Position numbers and translations under genes: made by a program. DNA of 63,967 nucleotides, the filler included, from Stramenopiles sp. TOSAG23-3 (taxonomy: Eukaryota), in the NCBI GenBank assembly GCA_900128585.1. It is 11 parts of 11 records of this genome, joined end to end, with 100 filler letters (N's around TTAATTAATTAA, not from the genome) between each part and the next. Parts side by side here need not be neighbours in the genome. Positions count along the whole stretch, not along the records: positions 17,524 to 23,259 come from LT643445.1; positions 23,360 to 29,095 come from LT643446.1; 9 more parts are not named here. One strand, 5' to 3'. Positions within the stretch are counted from its first letter, which is position 1, and the number at the start of each line of letters is the position of its first letter. Shown here one piece after another: positions 20,501-29,195 of the stretch. Below the pieces are notes generated by a model. That model did not search any database, had not been told where the DNA came from, and saw only the letters and a program-made list of their open reading frames with translations.

Positions 20501-21359
20501 GATCGGCAGAACGTACATAGATTTGGAAGATCGGTGGTTTGACCAGGAATGGCGGAAACTGCGAGATGTGCAGCAGATTCCTCGAGAAAACAGGGTCCTC
20601 CTGAACGACAACAGTATCGTGCCTCAGGGAAAGATGGAAATGTGGGTAGAGATGTACGAGCCAAAGAAGTCGATCGATATCCCGATCGTACCAATCGAAA
20701 GCCCGCAGGTCACGGAGTGGGAGCTGCGATTAGTTGTCTGGGAAACAAGAAAAGTTCCGAAATTGCCCGACAAGCGCTCGACCAATATGTACGTCTCGGC
20801 AGAGTTGCTGTACTTTACGGCAGACGGGGAGCAAGGGGCCAAACAAGTATTCGAAACTGACGTTCACGATGGGGTCCGAGGTGGAGACGGGAAGTTCAAC
20901 TGGCGAATGAAATTTCGCGTACCAATCCCTTGCAAGAACCCCAGAATCCGCGTGCAAGTGCACGACTACGCAATGTTTGGTGTGGACGGCTTCATAGCCG
21001 AAAGCATTATCAATCTACATCAAATTTTTAAGGAAGCACTTCATACACAAGCCGAGGTCGCGAAATCAAAAAGCTACTTTCGTTTGTCTTCGTCCAGTTT
21101 TCCCGGTGAAACGAGAGGAGAAGTTGATTTGCAAATGAATATACTTCCACTCAAGGACGCAGAAAAAAATCCCGTCGGTGCAGCTCGGGACAAACCAAAC
21201 GATGATCCGTTTCTGCCGGAGCCCGTTCGCAAGGTAAGATCATTCTTCAACTCGAATTTTATGTACTACGTAAAAATTGTCTTCTTCGTTGGAATCCTTG
21301 CGGGAGTAATATTTTTTACTGTCGTTGGAACGAACGTCAACAACCAGAAGCAAGCGTAG
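17526..21359 (+). CDS. Ferlin-family multi-C2 tail-anchored protein, 5'-truncated
   Basis: VRAHIYMAKEL...GLSSPF, TLNPVW, VRIYVLNAYNL, IGRTYIDLEDRW, QGKMEMWVE, WELRLVVWETR, ETDVH...GKFNWRMKF, NPVGAARDKPN..PFLPEP and a C-terminal TM helix. Frame open from the contig start. Confidence 0.92.
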   Translation, partial: FSYVLSNKISPTWFNFYKVPQNELPWFGRSPRVNKVQQTEFAGRVLMSLAAVITETPERSEKAQKPVQPPQSCEYILHVDVYQTSPLVGVGGFFSWEDVKVEMLFGPHKRRSVTGRRKLGADGKLQGYEFAVEGRDSEGGERTEFGKCQFKSVRCQLPRVTEKDTKMQWDQLYDVILNVYDGDSNRIGLVRFDAQSLIRKTDTQMLSKPEWHPIRGLEEDGAVRTRGFILFHAALRALKRGESSPPRPQMDSPVMAKHYVRAHIYMAKELSAVNSNGLSSPFVRVSLGGTHLGLLAPHKRDEEDPEKWKPTTQENAEQAVKMLELEGRKQTSTVENTLNPVWMQTLYAEVELPKIEGADASMSLSLAPDVVLTVYNEGQSEEEYIGRCSYPAVLCEEERWAGQNPSTGKKEPVWLELRKDDLSGTYEKLVDKEDEKTGAYAGGRKSEGKILVWFEIVDEDKFDVDDDELDGGHEWPELQSARIQLVSLGLRNLIKLGGYPATNPEFELIVPNFPDRRKERSLRRELEDREAETTDEEGDDDHSNESSDDEHSGNGLGSSSDETDSDEEDNQTKAKMQYHLDHLLGTKMVWSSKDLKEKSKLPSNSSPYHYTDIVLEVKAPRDAFYCGALTVLVKEEGMFGEEIIASRDIPLAKYAVNEMYDAVNKGRATVVVETRVKEFWHMETAFRKDNDDEGDTKGGGGPVIQELDDDGDDEGGDGAGPPSEITPEIRLDADDINMVFEKELTAYKEEGESSLEESSDGGREESVFWPGDFDDEGDNLGRQNFSNALEDVNFLHPVYGTWELYAGNNQNETGRGKNVSNRTVGKLKGVLKMWSASNPFYTDSSGQHHAYATMPKAPDWFNCLESKANGKERNPKNVWLADMDARKVGENDGTTEIVKVRIYVLNAYNLAPLASGNSSNPFIAVQMHDRGEVDRIMASGFEGHFDFSDDNNYKPNTLNPEFNWWHELDGILPSITTLEVALYDHGYITDTLIGRTYIDLEDRWFDQEWRKLRDVQQIPRENRVLLNDNSIVPQGKMEMWVEMYEPKKSIDIPIVPIESPQVTEWELRLVVWETRKVPKLPDKRSTNMYVSAELLYFTADGEQGAKQVFETDVHDGVRGGDGKFNWRMKFRVPIPCKNPRIRVQVHDYAMFGVDGFIAESIINLHQIFKEALHTQAEVAKSKSYFRLSSSSFPGETRGEVDLQMNILPLKDAEKNPVGAARDKPNDDPFLPEPVRKVRSFFNSNFMYYVKIVFFVGILAGVIFFTVVGTNVNNQKQA

Positions 21360-21565
21360 CAATTTTCAAATGTCGTTGTTCATCGTTCTTTTAAGAAACA
21401 AAAAACTGATAAAGAAAAAATCGATCACTGTGTCTTTCTCTCATTTTGTGTGTTACTCCTCGACTTATACCATTCTTTTTAAACGTTTGACGCAATGTCA
21501 TGACATTTTTTCTCTCTCTTTCTTGTGTGATGTATAAACCATTCCCGTTGTTTTTGATCAAATAG

Positions 21566-21670
21566 GTGAAAGGAATGTTCGACTCTCCAATATTTAAATG
21601 GTTGTTTAGGATTATTATTGTTCTGGGGTTGGTTGGAATAGCAGCAGTATCGCTGGGAGTAGGAATATGA
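21566..21670 (+). CDS. Putative alternative terminal exon of the ferlin (second TM anchor)
   Basis: Phase-0 donor AAG|GTAAGA at 21233/21234 and pyrimidine tract + AATAG| acceptor at 21565 give VKGMFDSPIFKWLFRIIIVLGLVGIAAVSLGVGI-stop. Confidence 0.7.
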   Translation: MKGMFDSPIFKWLFRIIIVLGLVGIAAVSLGVGI

Positions 21671-21816
21671 TAGACGGCACGTGTAAATTTACTGACACGC
21701 GCAGCATTTCTTATGATAATTTAAAATTTTCCAACCATCATTTTAACGAGAGAGATACGATAAATGCCTTAACAATATTACGTACGAAGTACATTCTTTG
21801 TTATTTACGAGTGTAC

Positions 21817-23211
21817 TCAAATTTTCTTTTCTCCACCGGTGCAATTATTAATGACACGCAGCTTCACCTCTTTAACAGCAGCCACATCCCCACTTCGCGT
21901 TGCTGGGTTGGGTAGATTTGCAAAAACCGTGCGACGCTCTTCTGGGAGCAAGATAAAGTAATTGTCCGACCACACCAGGTCTAGAAAAGTTTCTCCGTTC
22001 GACATAGCTACGGAAGCAATATTCAAAAAAAAAGCGACACGGTCGAAATGTGGATTTTCTAGAGTGACTGATAGTGTGTCCGGTCCCGCGAGAACTGCCT
22101 CTACATTCACCGTCACCGACGGCAAATCTTGCAAGTCAGTGAAATCCGCAAAAGAGGTTAAGTTGCATCTAAAATAATTGCAAGATGTATAATTGACAAT
22201 ATCATTACTTCGTGTCATGCTTGGGAGTGCGTACGTTCCAACATCAAAGATGCCCTCTCTGTCACTGTCGGCTGATGTCAACGCTAGCCGAAGTAACAAT
22301 GTCCCATTGTGGTGGCCAAGCCAGTCTCTGGGAAGGGCATTAAGCAATTCGATCGAGCTATCGGGATCGATAGTCGGCGGCAGTGACAGCTGTTGGCTTC
22401 TCAGTTGTTTCCCATCGCTTGCCCGGTACAATGATACAGCTGCCTCCAACGCGTTTCCCGCAAATGATTCGTACCCAGAATTGATCAATTTTACACCAAG
22501 CGAGGTGTAATCAAAAGCAAGGTGTAACGGATACGCTGTTGCCTTTTTTGTTCCGTAAAAAGCCCCACCACCAACCCCAAAATAATCGTACAGGTGCCAT
22601 ATGTTGGACGGCCAAGCCGAATTTAACATCCATTGCACGATCCCCGTCGAGGCAAACTCGTCACTGCCCCCACCATATTTGTTCATGGAGTATGCTTCCA
22701 TCATGGCGCGATGCGACTCGTACACCATGAATTGTGATTTGCAAGCGTATTCGTCTGCCGAGTACGACGCCCCAAGTCTTGCTTCAAGCGCAGGGGTAAA
22801 CCATGATAGTGTATTAAACCTACCAGTTTCACTCCCTGCATGCCACGACCAGTAATCGTTTGGTTCAGTGCTATTCTTGTTCCACAGGCGAGTTTCTGGA
22901 ATTATTTTTTGGATGGACTCTATTGTCAACACGCTGGCGCCTGGAGAGGTCTCCGCGATAAACCCGCTAGCACCCCCGTAAGATCTCTTTGCCTCTGCGT
23001 TGGTCCAGTAATTTGGGGGAATCCACGCATAAGGACCGGTCATTTTTGCGCCGGATTGCCCAGAAATTGGAGACACCCAGCTCCCAGCTGATGACATGAT
23101 CGGGTTCGACCATTGTTCTTCGTTCAAAATTTTCCGGTATGAGGTTTCAACGTTTAGCGGAGGCAGTTCATCACTAGAGAGTAGAAAGAAAAAAATTGAC
23201 GGATGAAAGCT
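21817..23211 (-). CDS. GH2 exo-beta-D-glucosaminidase (CsxA-like), C-terminal part
   Basis: Frame extends upstream of the tracked ORF to HPSIFFFLLSSD; also KMTGPYAWIPPNYW, FIAETSPG, TGIVQWMLNSAWPSNIWHLYDY and WSDNYFILLPEE. Confidence 0.85.
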   Translation of the reverse strand, partial: SFHPSIFFFLLSSDELPPLNVETSYRKILNEEQWSNPIMSSAGSWVSPISGQSGAKMTGPYAWIPPNYWTNAEAKRSYGGASGFIAETSPGASVLTIESIQKIIPETRLWNKNSTEPNDYWSWHAGSETGRFNTLSWFTPALEARLGASYSADEYACKSQFMVYESHRAMMEAYSMNKYGGGSDEFASTGIVQWMLNSAWPSNIWHLYDYFGVGGGAFYGTKKATAYPLHLAFDYTSLGVKLINSGYESFAGNALEAAVSLYRASDGKQLRSQQLSLPPTIDPDSSIELLNALPRDWLGHHNGTLLLRLALTSADSDREGIFDVGTYALPSMTRSNDIVNYTSCNYFRCNLTSFADFTDLQDLPSVTVNVEAVLAGPDTLSVTLENPHFDRVAFFLNIASVAMSNGETFLDLVWSDNYFILLPEERRTVFANLPNPATRSGDVAAVKEVKLRVINNCTGGEKKI

Positions 23212-23259
23212 CTTACCTCGTAGACGACTATTACTACCTCCTCTCTCCTTCTCCCTTTC

Positions 23260-23359
23260 NNNNNNNNNNNNNNNNNNNNNNNNNNNNNNNNNNNNNNNNN
23301 NNNTTAATTAATTAANNNNNNNNNNNNNNNNNNNNNNNNNNNNNNNNNNNNNNNNNNNN
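23260..23359. other. Artificial contig spacer
   Basis: N44-TTAATTAATTAA-N44. Confidence 0.99.
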
Positions 23360-23586
23360 GTTCAAGAACAATATCTCCTCCTATTGCAGATCCTCCCCAA
23401 GTTCTGGTCAAGATTCCAATTGATTGGTCTTAAAAGTAGTATTGGATTTAAAATGAGAGTCTTAAAACATACTATATATTTTGTTTTACATACATTAAAA
23501 TAACAGCCAATTTTTCTTGTTTTTACTATACATAAATAACCGCCAGTAATTAATTTTGTTTTTAACTTTTGGTGCTCAGCCTCCCG

Positions 23587-25320
23587 TCACCCATTCACGC
23601 TACCACATTTTCCATCCTCCCATTCTATCTCGCAGCCGGCCCACTTTGTCTGGATTACTTTATCGACACCTTTGTTTGCTAACCCCGTCGCGACCCCGAC
23701 GACAGCTATCCGTTTGTGCACTCGGCATTTGGTTAAAATCGCCCCTCGTTTTTGCCCTTTCACAACGCCAGAGAGCCCATTGTAATGGAATAGTGCAAAC
23801 CCAGAGCTAGGCTTCGGGCTTGCGGAACTACTCCCGCCGTCGACTCTCTGTCGTTTCGGGTTACTCTCCGCAGTTTGGACCGCTCTTGCAACCGGGCCCG
23901 TTGGCGCAAGGTTTCCTGGCTTCGGCGTCGTGCATATCTCACACGCTACTCTCGACGCCTCGTTCAAGTACGTGCAGGCGGGACAAGACCAACTGGCTGC
24001 TCCCCCGACATTTTGACCGCGAGGGGTGGTCTCAGGCCTGTCCCAATCCGCAAGTTTCATGTTTTCCACCACGACCGGAACGAGCGTGGACACAAAGTCT
24101 TGCCACAGTACTATTCCGGTCGATTGAGAATCTAGTTTCTTCTGAAGCCGGTTAACGGCCATGGAGCACTCTGGTGAACCGTCGTCCATCAGTTCAAGGT
24201 CTCTCAGAACGGGCACGATGGACGTAGATGCGATGAAGCCCCCGCCCTGGGCGTCCTGCTTGGCGAAAGCCCTTCTCAACCGCTTCTCCGCGCTATCCTC
24301 CGGTGAATCCATGCCAACGCTCGTCGATGTCGAAAACAAGACGGTAAAATGCGACTCGCTAGCAACAATCCATATAGGAAACGCGGGTGTCTTGTAATAT
24401 TCACCGACGGTGCAGTACCGCAACGATTCCAACAGGGAAAGATAGCCAACTGCTGGTGTTCTTGAAACTCCCCTCAGCACCAGGCCGCTGTCACCGAGGG
24501 CGACTTCCCCGTCGTGCACTTGGCTAGAGGCATACCCGCAGAGCAGCAAGTTCACAAGCTCTTGGGCACAATGCCCGAACTGGGCTGTCAAATAATTTTC
24601 AGAATCGTCCATGTCCTCTTTAACTTGGTCGATTGTCCTCGTTGCGACCAAGGAGAACATGAACAGGACCACCCCCGTTTCACTTTGAAAGCTTTTCAAC
24701 TTTTCGCGAACGATTCGACGCACCTCATCCAGGGCTCCTAACCCCGAGTGAACAGTAAAATGTGACGCTTTCGTAGCTAAAGTCGTGGCACCGGGCGGGC
24801 AAGAGATCACCGAAACTCCAGACGAAGGCGATGGGCGAGCGTTCCAAAGTATTTCGGAAAGGGAACCCACCAACGTCGCCTCGCGGACTTCGTCCGTGGC
24901 CTGAAGGGGGTGTTGCCGTTCTGACTCCCCACCGTTTTCAAACAGCATCCCCTTTAGCATGAACGCCTGAACGGCAGCAAAAACGCCGCAGGGGCCACCC
25001 CGGCTCTGCCGAAGCCCCGCGCGAATATGGTCCTCCTCCGAAAACACAAACCCTTCCGAGTGCCAGCGGTTGGTATCATCTTCCGAGAGCCCTGGTGGCC
25101 AAATGATCTTTCTGAACTTGGCCAACATTTCGTCCGTCAGGGAGCTGTCCGCACGCTCCACGGCCTCTCCAACTTTCGATGACACCCCTTCCCCTACCTT
25201 TGAAGACCCACTCGGCTCTTCATTTTTGTAACCAACACCTCCTGAACTTACCGTCGCAACGACAAAGCTTGCCGCTATTGTTGCCGCCAACGCTTCCGCC
25301 TCCGCCTCTTTGCTCGACAT
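23587..25320 (-). CDS. MINDY3/4-type deubiquitinase with EF-hand-like insert and RanBP2/NZF zinc finger
   Basis: QSRGGPCGVFAAVQA (catalytic Cys), GHCAQELVNLLLCG, PIWIVASESHFTVLF (His), FALFHYNGL; NZF motif WSCPACTYLNEASRVACEIC. Confidence 0.9.
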   Translation of the reverse strand: MSSKEAEAEALAATIAASFVVATVSSGGVGYKNEEPSGSSKVGEGVSSKVGEAVERADSSLTDEMLAKFRKIIWPPGLSEDDTNRWHSEGFVFSEEDHIRAGLRQSRGGPCGVFAAVQAFMLKGMLFENGGESERQHPLQATDEVREATLVGSLSEILWNARPSPSSGVSVISCPPGATTLATKASHFTVHSGLGALDEVRRIVREKLKSFQSETGVVLFMFSLVATRTIDQVKEDMDDSENYLTAQFGHCAQELVNLLLCGYASSQVHDGEVALGDSGLVLRGVSRTPAVGYLSLLESLRYCTVGEYYKTPAFPIWIVASESHFTVLFSTSTSVGMDSPEDSAEKRLRRAFAKQDAQGGGFIASTSIVPVLRDLELMDDGSPECSMAVNRLQKKLDSQSTGIVLWQDFVSTLVPVVVENMKLADWDRPETTPRGQNVGGAASWSCPACTYLNEASRVACEICTTPKPGNLAPTGPVARAVQTAESNPKRQRVDGGSSSASPKPSSGFALFHYNGLSGVVKGQKRGAILTKCRVHKRIAVVGVATGLANKGVDKVIQTKWAGCEIEWEDGKCGSVNG

Positions 25321-25903
25321 GTTTCGGAATACCGCGGCGGTTTTGTCTGTGAGTGATCGAACTGACCTACAAAGAATACACCACCACCGTGATTTAATAC
25401 ACTACTCTTTTGGACGTTGAGCAACCCAAACGCTTGACGAAGTCACAATCGGGTGAGATAACGAAGTTTCGCAACAGAGGATGTACTTTTTCAAAAAACT
25501 GGTTATTACAATCATTAAAATTTTTCAGTATTATTATATCTATTAATGGCCAATATATATTTTATATAATTAATTGAATAATAATTATTTTGTTTTTTTT
25601 TAGTCAACATCATCATAATATAATATACAACAACAACAGGTTTATTATAATATAATAAAAAAAAAATATATAAAACTCTCTTTTTTCTATCTCTTATTGG
25701 ACTTATTATGAGTGCGTACGCTTAAATAAAAAAATAAGCAAAGAAGAAAGGGACGCCCGAGGAAGAAGAGTTTGGATGTGATAATGCTATTCCTATGCAT
25801 TTACAAAATTTATTGAATTATCTCATAGTCGTCTAGTTTAAAAGACAAAAAAAAAAGACCATCCCCCATCCATCCACCATCCATCCATATTAATAATAAT
25901 CAA

Positions 25904-25982
25904 AATAATATTTAAGATCGATAGATCAAGTCAGCTCAAAAATCCCACGCTCCCCCAGACCATAATTTATAGATTAGCGGAG
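25904..25982 (+). repeat. Intergenic copy of a 79-bp inverted repeat
   Basis: Identical to the reverse complement of 29017-29095. Confidence 0.95.
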
Positions 25983-26098
25983 GAAAAAATTTCTTCGGAT
26001 TTCAGTTTTGATGTTGACTTTGCTTTCATTTTTGTTCGTAGGCCACAATAAATTTATATCTACCTGTTCATTTGTGTTTTTTGTTTTGGCTTGTGGAA

Positions 26099-27124
26099 AT
26101 GAATCGAATTGTGTTTTGTTTACTACTGGCAGTCGGCACGACGTCCGCCGCGTCTTTTGCAACGGGGCCTGAGGTAAAGCTATTTGAGGAATTCGAGGTC
26201 ATGTTTGAACGACGGTATACTACGGCGGAAGAACGCTTGGATCGGTACAATGTTTTCAAAGACAATCTGAAAAGGATAAATGAGTTGAACAACAGTACAG
26301 GTGGGACGGCTGTCTATTCTCACCTCACGCAATGGGCAGACTCTACCAAACACGAATTTACGACCATGCACGGCTTCTTGCCACAGACTGTCTGTCAATT
26401 TGCTACCCCCGCCCCAACACTCTCCCCAACTGCAACCCCAAAATCTAGCTTAGACTATGTTGCCCTGGGGGCAACCGTGGGGGTAAAGAATCAGGGAAAG
26501 TGTGGAAGCTGCTGGGCACATGCCACCACCGCCGTGGTCGAGGGACGACTAAAAATTGATACGGGCAACATCACCAGTTTGAGCGAACAGTACTTGCTGG
26601 ACTGCGACCCAAAACGCGTTTGTCAAGGATGCTGTGGAGGGCTACCAGAGCGCACGCTTCAGTGGTTGGCAAGCGAATCCTGTCCTGGCATTGCAAGCGA
26701 ACAACAGTACCCTTATGCGAGTGGAAGTGGAACAGATCCCACAAAGAACCAATGCAAGAGCAATGTGCCTTTGGTTGGAAACGTCACAGGAATGGGGGTG
26801 TTAAATGGCGATGCCAGATCAATGGTTTCCGGAAGCACAGAGTACGGTATCATTGGGGTTGCAATGGATTCATCGCCCCTTCAGTTCTACAAAAGTGGTA
26901 TAATTACGAACCCCAAGTGCACCGATACTTCGAACCACGCGGTTGCAATCGTTGGTTACGGCGCTGAAAACGGCGTCGATTACTGGAAAGTCCGAAATAG
27001 TTATTCAACGAAGTTCGGCGAGGACGGATACTTTCGAATTGAACGATACGCATCTGGTGGTGACGGCGCACCTTGCGGAATGAGCGGTTGCGTCGTTGCT
27101 GCAACTGGGGCGAAGTACTTGTAA
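26099..27124 (+). CDS. Papain-family (C1A) cysteine protease with signal peptide and I29 prodomain
   Basis: MNRIVFCLLLAVG signal, ERFNIN-like prodomain, VKNQGKCGSCW, SLSEQYLLDCD, NHAVAIVGYG and YWKVRNS. Confidence 0.95.
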   Translation: MNRIVFCLLLAVGTTSAASFATGPEVKLFEEFEVMFERRYTTAEERLDRYNVFKDNLKRINELNNSTGGTAVYSHLTQWADSTKHEFTTMHGFLPQTVCQFATPAPTLSPTATPKSSLDYVALGATVGVKNQGKCGSCWAHATTAVVEGRLKIDTGNITSLSEQYLLDCDPKRVCQGCCGGLPERTLQWLASESCPGIASEQQYPYASGSGTDPTKNQCKSNVPLVGNVTGMGVLNGDARSMVSGSTEYGIIGVAMDSSPLQFYKSGIITNPKCTDTSNHAVAIVGYGAENGVDYWKVRNSYSTKFGEDGYFRIERYASGGDGAPCGMSGCVVAATGAKYL

Positions 27125-27266
27125 AAGTTTGAAAATAGTTTTTTTAAGACGCGTGAATTCGTACAGATCTTTTTAAGATAATTTTATTTTGGACAGCCAT
27201 TAATTTTGGTTTTAAAGTACATGAAGGAATGTAAAAACCTCTAATGGACAAAAGCTGAGTAGATTC

Positions 27267-27302
27267 ATTTTCGCGGTATATGAGGAAGCTAAATTTTAAT
27301 TA
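27267..27302 (-). repeat. 36-bp dispersed non-coding repeat (copy of 40460-40495)
   Basis: Reverse complement TAATTAAAATTTAGCTTCCTCATATACCGCGAAAAT is identical to 40460-40495 on another contig. Confidence 0.9.
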
Positions 27303-28441
27303 CTCTAAATAACAGCAAATATAATGTAATATTACGGTATATTAATATAAATATTATTAATAAAAAAATTATTTTTTGTTTTTAATTATCTATAATAAAA
27401 TAGTTTCTCTATAAATAATATGGCTAAAGCTTTAAGTAGTACATTAAATAATACATAATAATAATAACAACAATAATTTTTTTTCTCCATTTTAGCTAGA
27501 GCTATTATTATATTATTATATATAAAATATTATAATAATAATAATCTGAAGTAAATAAATAATCTCTCTGAGAAACGTCGTAGAGCTCTATCATAGGATA
27601 TAATAACTACATTTATTAGTATTACAATAGACTATGAATCTATTTTTTCAAGGGAGGAAGGGGACGTTGTTGCGACGAGAGCAAAGAAGATGGATGCAAG
27701 TATCTTTGGCGCGGAATAGAAAACTGGGAAAGAACTTTGTGTTAACTATTTCAAACGAAGAGATCTTTATGAAAAAAGGATAATTTTTATAAATTTATTG
27801 AGCCAAAAGTGCTTTTTAATATAGAAAAGTATGCCAGAAGGGTTCATTTTTGTAACGCGAACAAAGGAATAAGTGTTTGTTAGGGTGGCGTTTGGTCTAA
27901 ATCGCCCGTTTCACCAAAAATTATCCCTAGGAACCACATTTCCAAGTCATTTGAGGGCAAACGCTGCTAGCGAAACAATTGGCTTATCTAAACTTATGCA
28001 GATATGCGTCCTCCTGGAATTATTTTCCCGTTTTCTGCCAGGATGCTTCCAAACTTTGAAATTCGAGTTGGATTTTTATTCGCGCCAAGGACACTGAACA
28101 CTTTATATTACAGGTGTCTACCACCGCATTTTACTTAAAGCAAAACAACGACCGCCGTGTTCTTATTTTTTTGTTGTAGTAAGTTTTTTTAGAAATATTT
28201 TCTGTCATATTTGTCTCGATTAATTTATTTTATTGTATCCTGTGTCTATATACCACAATAATTGTAAAAACAAAACAAAATGCAAACGCAGAATCTTGTT
28301 GTTGTTGGTCAAAATCATCATCATAAAAATCGATAATTACAACAAAAAATTGGCTGTTATTTAATTAAAAGATAAGAATTTGGACTTACTTAAGAAATAT
28401 ATAAACCTTCTCTTTAATTATTAAAAACAAATTATATAAGT

Positions 28442-29026
28442 TTACTGATCCCCGCACGCATCTTTATTCTCCAGGGGGCAAAAGTTTTGTTCCTGCTCCA
28501 AGTCCTGTGCCATTGTTGGGATTCTTCTTAAATTATTGCTACTCCTAGGTGGGCTGCTTGGTTTTGGAAGACCACGGGTTCTCATCGGAACCGTTTTGTT
28601 GAAAAAACGGTGGTATCTTGGCACTGGAAGGTGTTCCCTGGTCTCTGCCTTTCTGTTTCCCATTGCCGGGTCAGTAATTGTTGCTTTCCCTGTTTCCATT
28701 TTCCCCATGAACCGCCGAGTAAACGATTTTGTGGGGCGGTCACTTTCACAGTCGGCACGAGCAACAATTGAAAAATCATACCAGTTTCCACTGTGAGAAA
28801 CATTGATTTCCTGCTGTGCTTCTGAGCCGTCCACCGCAAATTTCCAGGGCCCGCCAAATCCGTACGCGTTGTCTTCCACGGCAAGTGACAAGGCACACTT
28901 CTCCCCATCCAGTTGAAAGCTGGCCAAATTTGTTGATGGTCTCGCAAAGAACGAAATGGTGCCCTTGTCAAAGTGTTCGAGCATTTCCACGCTAACGAGA
29001 GCTGCTAGCCTTGAATCTCCGCTAAT
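28442..29026 (-). CDS. C-terminal (DUF756-like) part of a bacterial-type phosphocholine-specific phospholipase C, 5'-truncated
   Basis: DNAYGFGGPWKF...SGNWYDFSI...FTRRFMGKMETGKATITDPAMG matches the PlcN/PlcH C-terminal pattern. Confidence 0.8.
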   Translation of the reverse strand: MSGDSRLAALVSVEMLEHFDKGTISFFARPSTNLASFQLDGEKCALSLAVEDNAYGFGGPWKFAVDGSEAQQEINVSHSGNWYDFSIVARADCESDRPTKSFTRRFMGKMETGKATITDPAMGNRKAETREHLPVPRYHRFFNKTVPMRTRGLPKPSSPPRSSNNLRRIPTMAQDLEQEQNFCPLENKDACGDQ

Positions 29027-29095
29027 CTATAAATTATGGTCTGGGGGAGCGTGGGATTTTTGAGCTGACTTGATCTATCGATCTTAAATATTATT
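29017..29095 (-). repeat. Contig-terminal 79-bp inverted copy of 25904-25982
   Basis: Perfect match running to the contig end and cutting the PLC reading frame. Confidence 0.95.
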
Positions 29096-29195
29096 NNNNN
29101 NNNNNNNNNNNNNNNNNNNNNNNNNNNNNNNNNNNNNNNTTAATTAATTAANNNNNNNNNNNNNNNNNNNNNNNNNNNNNNNNNNNNNNNNNNNN
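29096..29195. other. Artificial contig spacer
   Basis: N44-TTAATTAATTAA-N44. Confidence 0.99.

Noticed and set aside
25904-29095. TIR transposon carrying the protease gene
   Set aside because: No transposase or target-site duplication visible; the right copy cuts a gene at the contig end, fitting a fold-back chimera better.
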